From assembly GCA_947567595.1 (NCBI GenBank), contig CANOMQ010000001.1:77613-141612 (forward strand): a DNA stretch of 64,000 nucleotides. The letters are read 5' to 3'. Source of the DNA: an uncultured Lachnospiraceae bacterium (GTDB lineage: Bacteria > Bacillota > Clostridia > Lachnospirales > Lachnospiraceae). Shown one piece after another: positions 45,379-54,573 of the stretch. Within the stretch, counting starts at the first letter, position 1, and every line of letters begins with the position of its first letter. The notes beneath the pieces were generated by a model. That model ran no database searches. It was not told the origin of the DNA and saw only the letters and a list, made by a program, of their open reading frames with translations. A program made the translations under genes and the position numbers.

Positions 45379-45417
45379 GGAACCGCTCCGAAAGCATATT
45401 TGGAAGGAGACCAAAAC

Positions 45418-46245
45418 ATGATTATCGCGGCAAACTATGCGGATAAAAGGTTCCGAAGGGCACAGCGCTTAAACAGCAAAACCGCCAGACAGTGGGGAGC
45501 CGACCGGGTGATTGAATACACTGCAAAGGACATAGATCCGGCATTTCGTGAAAAAAACAAGGAAATTTTAAATAATCCAAGAGGCGGAGGCTATTATCTT
45601 TGGAAACCATACGTATTTTACCGCGGGTATCAGGAGCTTGGGGAGGGTGATTACCTGATTTATACGGACGCAGGCTCCATTTATGTCGATAAAATCCAAA
45701 AGCTGATTGACTGCATGGAGCGGGAAAACGTTAATTTAATGCTTTTTTCCCTGCAAAATGAAATGCTGGAACGAAGCTACACAAAACGCGACGCGTTTAT
45801 CCTGACAGGCTGTGACGAGGAACAATATGCCAATACGCCGCAGTCAATCGGCGGCTACATGGTGTGCAAAAAGTCGCCGGAGGTGGAGGCGTTCTTCCAA
45901 GAGGTCTTATCGTATGCGCAGGACATCAGGATTATTTCCGACCGTCCCAACACGATGGGAAAGGAGAATTACCCCGGTTTTGTGGACCACCGCCATGACC
46001 AGTCAGTCATTTCGCTGATTTCCAAGAAAAGAGGCATCAAAAAGTTCCGCGATCCGTCACAATATGGTATAATAAACCATTATCCCAAGGAAGTGGAGGA
46101 GCGAAGCTCTTATCCGCAGATTATCGATTCGCACAGATTAAATGTAGGAAGCCTGATGGAGCTGCGTTTTCGGAGGACAAAGCTGATGACAGCGATTCAT
46201 AAGTTTTGGAAAAAGGTAGAAAATAAGCTCAGAACGGAGGTATAG
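45418..46245 (+). CDS. Uncharacterised transferase-like protein (GYYLWKP / DAG / HRHDQS motifs), paralog of 61078-61926
   Basis: GGGYYLWKPYVF, GDYLIYTDAGS, YTKRDAF, IRIISDRPNTMGKENYPGFVDHRHDQSVISL. GGAAGGAG RBS. The ORF-track start is 45400. Confidence 0.55.
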   Translation: MIIAANYADKRFRRAQRLNSKTARQWGADRVIEYTAKDIDPAFREKNKEILNNPRGGGYYLWKPYVFYRGYQELGEGDYLIYTDAGSIYVDKIQKLIDCMERENVNLMLFSLQNEMLERSYTKRDAFILTGCDEEQYANTPQSIGGYMVCKKSPEVEAFFQEVLSYAQDIRIISDRPNTMGKENYPGFVDHRHDQSVISLISKKRGIKKFRDPSQYGIINHYPKEVEERSSYPQIIDSHRLNVGSLMELRFRRTKLMTAIHKFWKKVENKLRTEV

Positions 46246-46246
46246 C

Positions 46247-47245
46247 ATGGACAAGAAAGAAAAGTGGCTCAAATATGAAAAACGCTGGAAGTGGCGCGAT
46301 ATTTATTTCAATAAGGCGCTCAGGCGGCATGGAATTGTCAAGTATTTCCACAGGGAGCCGGTCATGCCGCACTATGCGCATAAATGGGTGATGGGTTCGA
46401 AAAAGACAAACGACTATATCTACGAAAAAATCATAGAAGGAAAACCGTTTATGGCGTGCCGTTTCGGGAACACGGAAATGCAGACAATGGTAGGCGATTT
46501 GGCAGTGCGCTATAAAGGGCACTCGCCTTCGGACGATGAATATTTGGACAGATGGTTTACAAGGCTGGGAAAGGATTCCGGTTTTTTTCCGGTTGATTAC
46601 CAATACCTCCATACCTTTACCGACTTAATGCTTGACTCCTGCAGGCAGGTCGATTTACTTGCCATGTGGCATTTAAATATGGAGGATTTTATCATAGAGG
46701 AATTTGTTTCGCACGCGGATTTGACCTTTCTTTTCCGACTGGAGCCGTGGCTTTACCACGGTCGCCCGTGGACTGCGGCGCTGAAAGGGAAAAAGGTGCT
46801 GGTAATCCACCCTTTTGAAAAAAGTATTCAGGCACAGTACCCCAAGAGAAAGGAAATCTGGAAAACACACCCCATTCTTCCGAAATTTGAGTTAAAGACA
46901 CTAAAAGCAGTGCAGACGCTCTGCGGGGAACAGGACGAGCGGTTTGAAACATGGTTTGATGCACTCGAATATATGTTCAACGGGGCGATGAAGATTGACT
47001 TCGACGTGGCAATTATCGGGTGCGGCGCATACGGGTTCCCGCTTGCGGCAAAGCTAAAGGCGGCAGGAAAGCAGGCAATACACTTAGGCGGGGCGACACA
47101 GTTGATGTTTGGCATTAAAGGATATCGCTGGGAAAACAACTACCCGTCCAAAATTGCGACATTCTTCAACGACGCATGGATTTACCCGGACGCGTCAGAA
47201 ACGCCGAAAAATGCCAAAACAGTGGAAAAAGGATGTTACTGGTAA
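46247..47245 (+). CDS. Hypothetical protein, possibly GT-D (DUF1792)-like glycosyltransferase
   Basis: ACRFGNTEMQ resembles the RFGDGE motif of DUF1792. IGCGAYGFPLAAKLKAAGKQAIHLGG resembles that family's C-terminal nucleotide-binding stretch. Confidence 0.45.
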   Translation: MDKKEKWLKYEKRWKWRDIYFNKALRRHGIVKYFHREPVMPHYAHKWVMGSKKTNDYIYEKIIEGKPFMACRFGNTEMQTMVGDLAVRYKGHSPSDDEYLDRWFTRLGKDSGFFPVDYQYLHTFTDLMLDSCRQVDLLAMWHLNMEDFIIEEFVSHADLTFLFRLEPWLYHGRPWTAALKGKKVLVIHPFEKSIQAQYPKRKEIWKTHPILPKFELKTLKAVQTLCGEQDERFETWFDALEYMFNGAMKIDFDVAIIGCGAYGFPLAAKLKAAGKQAIHLGGATQLMFGIKGYRWENNYPSKIATFFNDAWIYPDASETPKNAKTVEKGCYW

Positions 47246-48105
47246 TGAAAAAGCTGACTTATCGGATTTATCGGAAAATCCATTACATTTTGCGAAGAAT
47301 TTATGTCCACACAGCTCCCAATAGATATGCACTCAGCCAACACGGGCGAAAAACGCGTATCATCGTGTCACTTACAAGCTATCCGGGACGATTTGCCCAT
47401 ATCCACACCGCGCTCAAAAGCATCATGCTGCAAACGGTACAGCCGGACAAAATCATCGTATGGCTTGACGAGGACGTAACACGGGAGCAGTTTACCGCCG
47501 AAATGCTCGCATTAGAGCAATACGGAATCGAATACAGACCAATGCCGGGCGATTTAAAACCGCATAAAAAATATTTCCACGCGATGCAGGAATACCCGGA
47601 TGATATTATTATTACCGTAGATGACGACCTGATTTATGCCAAAGATGTGATAGAGTCCTTAATCAAAACACACAAGCGGTATCCAAAGGCAGTCTGTGCA
47701 AGACGCGTGCATAAAATCACCAAAAAGCCAAATGGCGAAATCGCGCCATATAATGAATGGTTGGGGGAATACTGCGGTTGTGACACTCCCTCCCATGCGC
47801 TCGTTGCCACGGGGGTAGGCGGTGTGCTGTATCCGCCGCACTGCCTGTATGAAAAAGCGTTTGATGAGAAGCTGATTACGGAATTAAGCTTAAAAGCAGA
47901 TGATATATGGCTTAAGTTTATGGAGCTGTTAAACGATACGCCAGTGGTCTGGGCACCCTGTAAAATTCCGATGCCGGATTTAATCGAGAAAGAGCAGGCG
48001 ACAAGCTTAAAAAGTGAAAATGTCGGGAAAAATAAAAACGATATTTATTTTATGAATGTGCAGAATTATTTTCACGTGTATACGGATGTATTTGAATTAA
48101 AATAA
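47245..48105 (+). CDS. GT-A-fold glycosyltransferase (SLTSYPGR family)
   Basis: IIVSLTSYPGRFAHIHTALKSIMLQTVQPDKIIVWLDED. DxD motif IITVDDDLIY. TAATG overlap with the upstream stop. The ORF-track start is 47176. Confidence 0.7.
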   Translation: MKKLTYRIYRKIHYILRRIYVHTAPNRYALSQHGRKTRIIVSLTSYPGRFAHIHTALKSIMLQTVQPDKIIVWLDEDVTREQFTAEMLALEQYGIEYRPMPGDLKPHKKYFHAMQEYPDDIIITVDDDLIYAKDVIESLIKTHKRYPKAVCARRVHKITKKPNGEIAPYNEWLGEYCGCDTPSHALVATGVGGVLYPPHCLYEKAFDEKLITELSLKADDIWLKFMELLNDTPVVWAPCKIPMPDLIEKEQATSLKSENVGKNKNDIYFMNVQNYFHVYTDVFELK

Positions 48106-48123
48106 AAGATAAATAAAGGCTAT

Positions 48124-50052
48124 ATGGGTATGAAAAAGACGGATGGTAAGAAGGTTTTAAAGAGTTTTATTAAGGCTATGATAACATTGGGGGCATTGGC
48201 AATGAATTATGGTCTTATATCTGATGCCATATCATTGACTGGCTATGGAAATCCTGAAACGATATTTGGTACATTGTCAAAACTGTTATATTCCGTTGAG
48301 ACTGAACCAATGACTGCATTTTTTCTTTTAGGATTTCTGCTCTTTTTTTATCTGCACTTGTATGATATGGAAAAACTGCCAAGAAACATTTTGCCAGGCA
48401 CAAGATGGTTGGCATTTTTTGCTGCTGGCAGTGTAATAATAGGAAAATCCTTTTATGTTTATGATGATATAGGGCTTTTGCTTCGCGGAACAGTGCAGAT
48501 GATAAAAGGTGCAATTGTTCTTGGCGGGTTCTGCTTGTTTTTTTCAGGATTGCTTCAAATGCTTGTATCTGTATATATCCGTTACTGTGCTAAAAATCCG
48601 GATATATCCCGATTTGACAAAATATTTTGCATGAAGTATTCAGGACTCCTTATCGCATCGTTCTTGTTAGCAGCATGGCTTCCAACAATTGTAGCATATT
48701 ATCCGGCAGTGTTTATGGGGGATAGTGAAGACATTATTTATATGGCGTATAACTATCCTTCAGGAATTGAAACGACAGTATTACCGATAAAAGAGGGGGT
48801 TTATATCACAAACCACCATCCGGTTCTCTATACAGGATATGTAAGTATTTTTTTGCATGGCGTAAGGGCACTTGGGGGCAGCTATAATCTGGGCATTTTT
48901 TTCTGTGCCATAATGCAATGCGTGATTACATTGGCCATATTAGTATACAGTATTTTATATTGTGCAAATACGATAAAAAATGAGAAGGCTGCATTGATGG
49001 CAACAGTATTCTCTGCATTGTTTCCATTGATTCCCAAGTATGCCATCATGATTTCCAAAGATACTTTTTTTGCGGATTTATTGTTGCTATGGGCTATTTT
49101 AATACATAAGACAATTGATAAAGCGTGTAAAAAGAACGATATAATAGCATTGCTGGGAACTTCTGTGGGTATTGTATTGATTAGAAAAAATGGGGTTTAT
49201 GTAATTGTACTGACATTACTGGCTGCCATGATACTTTATAAACGTTTTTGGAAACAATGGCTGGGGGTCATGATGAGTGTTGTATTCGTGAGTCTGCTAT
49301 ATTCTAATATAATGCTGCCTTTGGCGGGAATACCGGATGGAAGCGTTCGGGAAATTCTTTCTGTTCCGTTTCAGCAAACGGCAAGATATATAAAATATCA
49401 TGAAGATGAGGTAACGAAGGAGCAGCGCCAGTCAATAGAAGGTGTGCTTGATTATGAGATCCTTGCGGATATTTACTCGGGGAATTTGTCGGATCCGGTG
49501 AAAAATACCTATCATAAAGCGGCAACAAGTCATGATTTAAAGCGATACTTTGGCGCATGGTTCCAAATGCTGCAAAAACATCCAGAGGTATATGTGGCAG
49601 CATTTCTTAATAACTATTATGGCTACTTTTATCCAGTGGTAAATGATGCGATGAAGCTTGCAAGAACAAGTGTTGGAAGTATGGCAAATGTTAATAGGGA
49701 TGGATATTTTGATTTCTCGCATTGCTATGATGCCGTTCATATAGGACTTCGTGATTTGCTGACTTTTTATGAGCTGATATGGATGTATACACCAGTTTTA
49801 AATTTCTTTATGACAAGTGCATTTTACGTATGGATAATAATTATATCATTTTTTCTTGGCTGTATCAGGCATAACAGAGCAGTCATACTGCCTGTAATAA
49901 TGTATATGGCACTGGTTTTGACGGTACTTGTTGGACCAAGTAATGCCATAAACTATGAACGTTATATTTTTCCATGCATTTTGGGAATGCCGTTCCTGAT
50001 AACACTGACCTTAGATAAGAGAAATCAGAATGCTGTCGTAAAAGGAGTATGA
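48124..50052 (+). CDS. Large polytopic membrane protein (642 aa), function unknown (GT-C-like candidate)
   Basis: More than 12 TM segments with a soluble loop of about 140 aa (HEDEVTKEQRQSIEGVLDY...). AT-rich relative to flanking genes. Alternative start at 48130. Confidence 0.5.
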   Translation: MGMKKTDGKKVLKSFIKAMITLGALAMNYGLISDAISLTGYGNPETIFGTLSKLLYSVETEPMTAFFLLGFLLFFYLHLYDMEKLPRNILPGTRWLAFFAAGSVIIGKSFYVYDDIGLLLRGTVQMIKGAIVLGGFCLFFSGLLQMLVSVYIRYCAKNPDISRFDKIFCMKYSGLLIASFLLAAWLPTIVAYYPAVFMGDSEDIIYMAYNYPSGIETTVLPIKEGVYITNHHPVLYTGYVSIFLHGVRALGGSYNLGIFFCAIMQCVITLAILVYSILYCANTIKNEKAALMATVFSALFPLIPKYAIMISKDTFFADLLLLWAILIHKTIDKACKKNDIIALLGTSVGIVLIRKNGVYVIVLTLLAAMILYKRFWKQWLGVMMSVVFVSLLYSNIMLPLAGIPDGSVREILSVPFQQTARYIKYHEDEVTKEQRQSIEGVLDYEILADIYSGNLSDPVKNTYHKAATSHDLKRYFGAWFQMLQKHPEVYVAAFLNNYYGYFYPVVNDAMKLARTSVGSMANVNRDGYFDFSHCYDAVHIGLRDLLTFYELIWMYTPVLNFFMTSAFYVWIIIISFFLGCIRHNRAVILPVIMYMALVLTVLVGPSNAINYERYIFPCILGMPFLITLTLDKRNQNAVVKGV

Positions 50053-50055
50053 AAA

Positions 50056-50808
50056 ATGTGTGAATTATTGGTATCCGTGATAACACCATGCTATAATAGC
50101 AGCAGTACCATTGAAAAAACGTTACAATGTATTGAAAATCAGACATATAAAAATATAGAATATATCATTATTGACGGTGGTTCAACGGACAACACCCTCA
50201 AAATAATTGAACGGCATAAAGACAGGCTACCGCAAAAGCTAAAGGTTGTATCCGAGCCAGATAATGGAATTTACGACGCCATGAATAAGGGCGTACGGCT
50301 TGCCAAAGGTGCCTTAATCGGGATTGTCAATAGTGATGACTGGTATGAGCCGGACACAGTGGAACAGGCGGTAAAGCATTATGGTGGAAATCAATACGAG
50401 GTCATTTATGGAATGCAGCGCAACATTTTGCGGAAAAAGGAGAAAACAACCTTTATCCACTACCATGATTTTTTGCCAGAGCAGATGATTACGCATCCGA
50501 CCTGCTTTGTGACGAAGGACGCTTATCGGGATTTTGGCGTATTTGACACAAAGTATCGTTCCGCGGCGGATTATGACTTGATGCTTCGTTTTTATGAAAG
50601 CAAAAAAGTCGTTTTTACACCAGTCATGCGTGTGATGTCCAACTTTAGAATGGGTGGCATGTCAGGAAGCCAAACGGGAGTTCGAGAAAACGCGGCAATC
50701 CGTTATCAGCGTGGTTATATGAGTAAAAAAAGGTACTGGTTTGTAATGTTTAAAAGCCATGTGTACGAATGGCTGCATCGAAAAAATAGACATAAAGAAA
50801 GGTGTTGA
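50056..50808 (+). CDS. Glycosyltransferase family 2 (short WcaA-like form)
   Basis: VSVITPCYNSSSTIEKTLQCIENQTYKNIEYIIIDGGSTDNT. VNSDDWY. AAAGGAG RBS. Confidence 0.88.
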   Translation: MCELLVSVITPCYNSSSTIEKTLQCIENQTYKNIEYIIIDGGSTDNTLKIIERHKDRLPQKLKVVSEPDNGIYDAMNKGVRLAKGALIGIVNSDDWYEPDTVEQAVKHYGGNQYEVIYGMQRNILRKKEKTTFIHYHDFLPEQMITHPTCFVTKDAYRDFGVFDTKYRSAADYDLMLRFYESKKVVFTPVMRVMSNFRMGGMSGSQTGVRENAAIRYQRGYMSKKRYWFVMFKSHVYEWLHRKNRHKERC

Positions 50809-50812
50809 AATT

Positions 50813-51355
50813 ATGCAATTAATGGAACAGGAATTTGTGAAAACAGAAAAAGTGGACGGTGTTATTTTTAATATGTCCCCGTCGGGCGGTTTTGCACATA
50901 GTCAGATTAACGGAAACATATATCATGCCATAAAAAGGCAGCTCAAAGACAGCGTTTGCGTTGTTTCGATAGAGAATCTTGATTTATATCTGTCAGAGGA
51001 TGAGTATGTGATACCGGACATTATGCTGATTTGCGACCGGCAGAGAATCAAAAATGATAAATACAGGGGAGTGCCGCGCTTTATTGCGGAAACACTCAGC
51101 CCCCGGACAGCATTGCGTGACAGAACAATTAAGCTTGAAAAATACGCGAAGCTGGGCGTGGATGAATACTGGATTGTTTTGCCAAAGGAGCGCTGCGTGG
51201 AGATTTATTATCTGGAGGGCGACAGATATGAGCTAAAGCAGTCCTATATTCTTGTGGAAGATGAGAAGGACGAAAATTACAATGCAGATAAGATGCTTGC
51301 ACTGCGCGCCATGCCGTCAGTGACAATCGGGCTGAAAGAAATGTTTGATATATAG
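50813..51355 (+). CDS. Uma2-family (DUF820) restriction-endonuclease-fold protein
   Basis: PDIMLICD and FIAETLSPRTALRDRTIKLEKYAKLGVDEYWIVLPKERCVEIYYL match the Uma2 pattern (E-x-S-P-s-t..D...K...Y...GV.EYW). The ORF-track start is 50759. Confidence 0.75.
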   Translation: MQLMEQEFVKTEKVDGVIFNMSPSGGFAHSQINGNIYHAIKRQLKDSVCVVSIENLDLYLSEDEYVIPDIMLICDRQRIKNDKYRGVPRFIAETLSPRTALRDRTIKLEKYAKLGVDEYWIVLPKERCVEIYYLEGDRYELKQSYILVEDEKDENYNADKMLALRAMPSVTIGLKEMFDI

Positions 51356-51366
51356 GAGAGCGGGTA

Positions 51367-52485
51367 ATGAAGCTTGCGGTGATTTCCCTGAATACGGAAA
51401 CTAAAAATTTAAGTCAATACTATAATTCGCAGGCAGAGGGACTTGCAAAAGCCCTTGCGGGGATGGGGCATGAGCTGACGGTTTATCATCCGGTGCCTGA
51501 TCTTGAAAAAGAGCAGGAGTGCCTTATCAAGGGCGGCATTCAGATTGTATACATCCGTTGCAGGCACATCGGAAAGCACGCCCTGATCGACTGCTCCTTG
51601 CTGGACGCGGACAAGGTGTGCTATATTACGGCATCTGACAATTACCTGTTTTTAGGGAAATTTTATCGGTGGTGCAGACAAAATAAAATTCTTTGTTTAC
51701 CATATATTGGTGTAATTCATAGTAACAATTCTTCGGCAATGAAGCGAAAAATAGTTGACATTTTCTGTAATAATGTGAAATATTATAAGGGAATGCCTAC
51801 AATAGTCAAAACACCTGCTTTGGAACAAAATCTTAGGAAAGAGGGAGCAAAACAGATTTTTTGCGTACCAGTAGGATTAGATGAAGAGCGTCTGCGGCAG
51901 GATTATAAAGAATATTCGATAGACACATTAAAAAAGCAATGGAATTACAGGGATACTGATAAGGTAATCCTCTTTGTAGGACGCATGACCGCCGAAAAAC
52001 AGCCTGAAAAAATGATTGAGCTGTTTTCCCAAATGGCAAAAAAAGATAGCACATACAGGCTTCTTATGGTTGGACAGGGAGAGCTTTCGGAGCGCGTCAA
52101 AAATAAAATAACCACATATGGACTAAATGATAAGGCAGTAATTCACGAAAAGGTGCCAAACGACCGCATGTGGGAGCTTTATCGCATGGCGGATTGTTAT
52201 ATTAATTTAAATACACATGAGATTTTTGGCATGGCGATTTTGGAAGCGATGTACTATGAGAACGCGGTAATTGCACTGCGTGCGCCGGGACCCGAGCTAA
52301 TTATTGAAAACGGCGTATCGGGATATATCTGTGACAGTGAGAACGCACTGGTTCAAAGAGCGTTAACGGCAGATAAAGATGCAGTTGGCGCGGCGGCGCA
52401 TCATCACGTGACAGAATGCTTTTTGTGGGAACGCTCTGCAGAAAAAATAGCAGAGATTATATTGGGAATTGTCGGAAAGGTGTGA
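51367..52485 (+). CDS. Glycosyltransferase family 4 (GT-B fold, Glycos_transf_1)
   Basis: VILFVGRMTAEKQPEKMIELF, LLMVGQGEL and HEIFGMAILEAMYYENAVIA contain the E-x7-E region. Confidence 0.85.
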   Translation: MKLAVISLNTETKNLSQYYNSQAEGLAKALAGMGHELTVYHPVPDLEKEQECLIKGGIQIVYIRCRHIGKHALIDCSLLDADKVCYITASDNYLFLGKFYRWCRQNKILCLPYIGVIHSNNSSAMKRKIVDIFCNNVKYYKGMPTIVKTPALEQNLRKEGAKQIFCVPVGLDEERLRQDYKEYSIDTLKKQWNYRDTDKVILFVGRMTAEKQPEKMIELFSQMAKKDSTYRLLMVGQGELSERVKNKITTYGLNDKAVIHEKVPNDRMWELYRMADCYINLNTHEIFGMAILEAMYYENAVIALRAPGPELIIENGVSGYICDSENALVQRALTADKDAVGAAAHHHVTECFLWERSAEKIAEIILGIVGKV

Positions 52486-52493
52486 TACGATAG

Positions 52494-53585
52494 ATGCAGA
52501 TTAAGTGCAATGTTTTGGACAGGCAGTTCCAAATGCACCAAGAGGAATATGAGGAGGCAGCGCTAAGGGTGCTGCGCTCCGGCTGGTATGTTCTTGGAAA
52601 GGAAGTAGAGCAGTTTGAGCAGGAGTTTGCCGCATATACGGGAAGAAAATATTGTGTAGGATTAAATTCAGGGCTTGACGCGCTGATTATGTCCGTGCGT
52701 GCATTGGAAATTGGCGAAGGCGATGAGGTGATTGTTCAGGCAAACACCTACATTGCAACCGTGCTTGGCATTACGGAAAATAAAGCGGTTCCCGTTTTTA
52801 TAGAGCCGGACGAATTTTTTAATATGGATGCGCAAAAAATTGAGAAGGCAATCACCCCGAGGACAAAAGCAATTATGGTGACGCATCTGTACGGACAGGC
52901 AAGCAACATGAATTTGATTGCAGAGCTTGCCAAAAGACATCAGCTTGCGCTGATAGAGGACTGCGCGCAGTCTCATGGAGCGTGCTATGAAGGCAAAATG
53001 ACAGGAAGCTTTGGTATATCGGGCTGTTTTAGCTTCTATCCGACAAAAAACCTCGGCGCGTTTGGCGATGCAGGCGCAGTTGTGACAGATGACAAAGAGT
53101 TTGCAGACCAAATCAGGATGATGCGAAACTACGGCAGTCGTATCCGCTATTATAACGAAATACAAGGCTTAAATTCGCGTTTGGATGAGATGCAGGCAGC
53201 GCTTTTGCGGGTAAAGCTAAAATATATCAATGCCTTGAATGAAGAACGCAGAAGATTAGCCGCAGCTTATGACAGTGGCATCAAAAATGAAAAAATCATA
53301 CTGCCCAAGGTAAGAGCGGGTGCAGACAGCATCTATCATCAATATGTAATACGCTGTAAAGAACGCGAAAAGCTTCAAAAATTTTTGCAGGAACAGGATA
53401 TTCAGACACAAATTCATTACCCGATACCGCCGCACCTTGCAAAATGCTATCGGCATTTGGGGCATAAAAAGGGTGAATTTCCACTGACGGAACAGTATGC
53501 CGACGAGGTTTTAAGCCTTCCGATTTACACCGGAATGACAGATGATGAACAACAGTATGTGATTGCAAGACTGAATGAGTTTTAA
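52494..53585 (+). CDS. fdtB: DegT/DnrJ/EryC1/StrS-family PLP-dependent sugar aminotransferase (FdtB/QdtB-like)
   Basis: [29 protein letters not shown] carries the PLP Lys. The FdtA-like isomerase gene follows directly. Confidence 0.85.
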   Translation: MQIKCNVLDRQFQMHQEEYEEAALRVLRSGWYVLGKEVEQFEQEFAAYTGRKYCVGLNSGLDALIMSVRALEIGEGDEVIVQANTYIATVLGITENKAVPVFIEPDEFFNMDAQKIEKAITPRTKAIMVTHLYGQASNMNLIAELAKRHQLALIEDCAQSHGACYEGKMTGSFGISGCFSFYPTKNLGAFGDAGAVVTDDKEFADQIRMMRNYGSRIRYYNEIQGLNSRLDEMQAALLRVKLKYINALNEERRRLAAAYDSGIKNEKIILPKVRAGADSIYHQYVIRCKEREKLQKFLQEQDIQTQIHYPIPPHLAKCYRHLGHKKGEFPLTEQYADEVLSLPIYTGMTDDEQQYVIARLNEF

Positions 53586-53603
53586 CGAACAGCAGGAGGC
53601 AGT

Positions 53604-54029
53604 ATGATAGAGGATTGTAAATTGATAGCGTTTCCGCAAAAGGGCGATGAGCGGGGGCATCTTGTGATTATTGAGGGAAATCAGGATATACCGTTTGAGA
53701 TAAAGCGCGTATTTTATATCTATGGCTCCGATAAGGATGTCATTCGCGGGCGTCATGCCAATTATCATTCGGAGTTTGTTCTGATTAATGTTTCAGGCAC
53801 ATCAAAGGTAAAGGTTGATGACGGGACAACCCAAAAAATATTTAACCTTGACCGCCCGCATATCGGCATTTACCTGCCGAAGCTTGTGTGGAAGGACATG
53901 TATGATTTCTCGGAGGATTCGGTGCTTTTGTGCCTTGCAAGTGAACATTATGATGCAGGTGAATATATCAGAGACTATGATAAATATTTAACAGTTATGA
54001 AAGAGGAAGAAAATGCTCAGACATCTTGA
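53604..54029 (+). CDS. fdtA: WxcM/FdtA-like sugar 3,4-ketoisomerase (cupin)
   Basis: FPQKGDERGHLVIIEGNQDIPFEIKRVFYIYG..RGRHANY...LLCLASEHYDAGEYIRDYDKY is the characteristic FdtA/QdtA pattern. 141 aa. Confidence 0.85.
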   Translation: MIEDCKLIAFPQKGDERGHLVIIEGNQDIPFEIKRVFYIYGSDKDVIRGRHANYHSEFVLINVSGTSKVKVDDGTTQKIFNLDRPHIGIYLPKLVWKDMYDFSEDSVLLCLASEHYDAGEYIRDYDKYLTVMKEEENAQTS

Positions 54030-54501
54030 GAAAAAAGATGCACCCATGATGCTTGAGTGGATGCATGACAATGAAATCAACTGCAATTTTCAAATCGATT
54101 TTGCGTCTTCAACGCTGGAGAGTGTGCTGTGCTTTATAGACGGAAGCTATGATGATGAAAATCAGAATTTTGCCTTTGTGGACGAAAAGGATGAATATCT
54201 TGGAACCATCAGTTTAAAGCATATTTCACACAAAAACCGGAACGCGGAGTACTCCATTGTCGCAAGAAAAAAGGCACAGGGGACAGGTGCCGCGATGCAG
54301 GCGACACAGGAGCTGCTGAAATATGCGTTTGAGGAGCTAAAGCTCCACAAGGTTTATCTGAATGTGCTTGCGGATAATGTGAGGGCGCAGAGGCTATATG
54401 AGAAAAGCGGGTTTGTGTATGAAGGAACGTCTCCTGATGCCGTTATGATAAATGGAGTTTATAGGACGCTTAAGTGGTATGGCATTATTGCGAAATCGTG
54501 A
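54013..54501 (+). CDS. GNAT-family N-acetyltransferase
   Basis: 162 aa. RKKAQGTGAAMQATQELLKYAF is the acetyl-CoA-binding Q/RxxGxG/A segment. It overlaps the fdtA stop by 17 nt. Confidence 0.8.
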   Translation: MLRHLEKKDAPMMLEWMHDNEINCNFQIDFASSTLESVLCFIDGSYDDENQNFAFVDEKDEYLGTISLKHISHKNRNAEYSIVARKKAQGTGAAMQATQELLKYAFEELKLHKVYLNVLADNVRAQRLYEKSGFVYEGTSPDAVMINGVYRTLKWYGIIAKS

Positions 54502-54573
54502 TAGGCAGTTACAGGGCATAACAGGAAAAATCAACATTTGAAAAGGGAATTTACAGAAGGATAGGACAGAATC

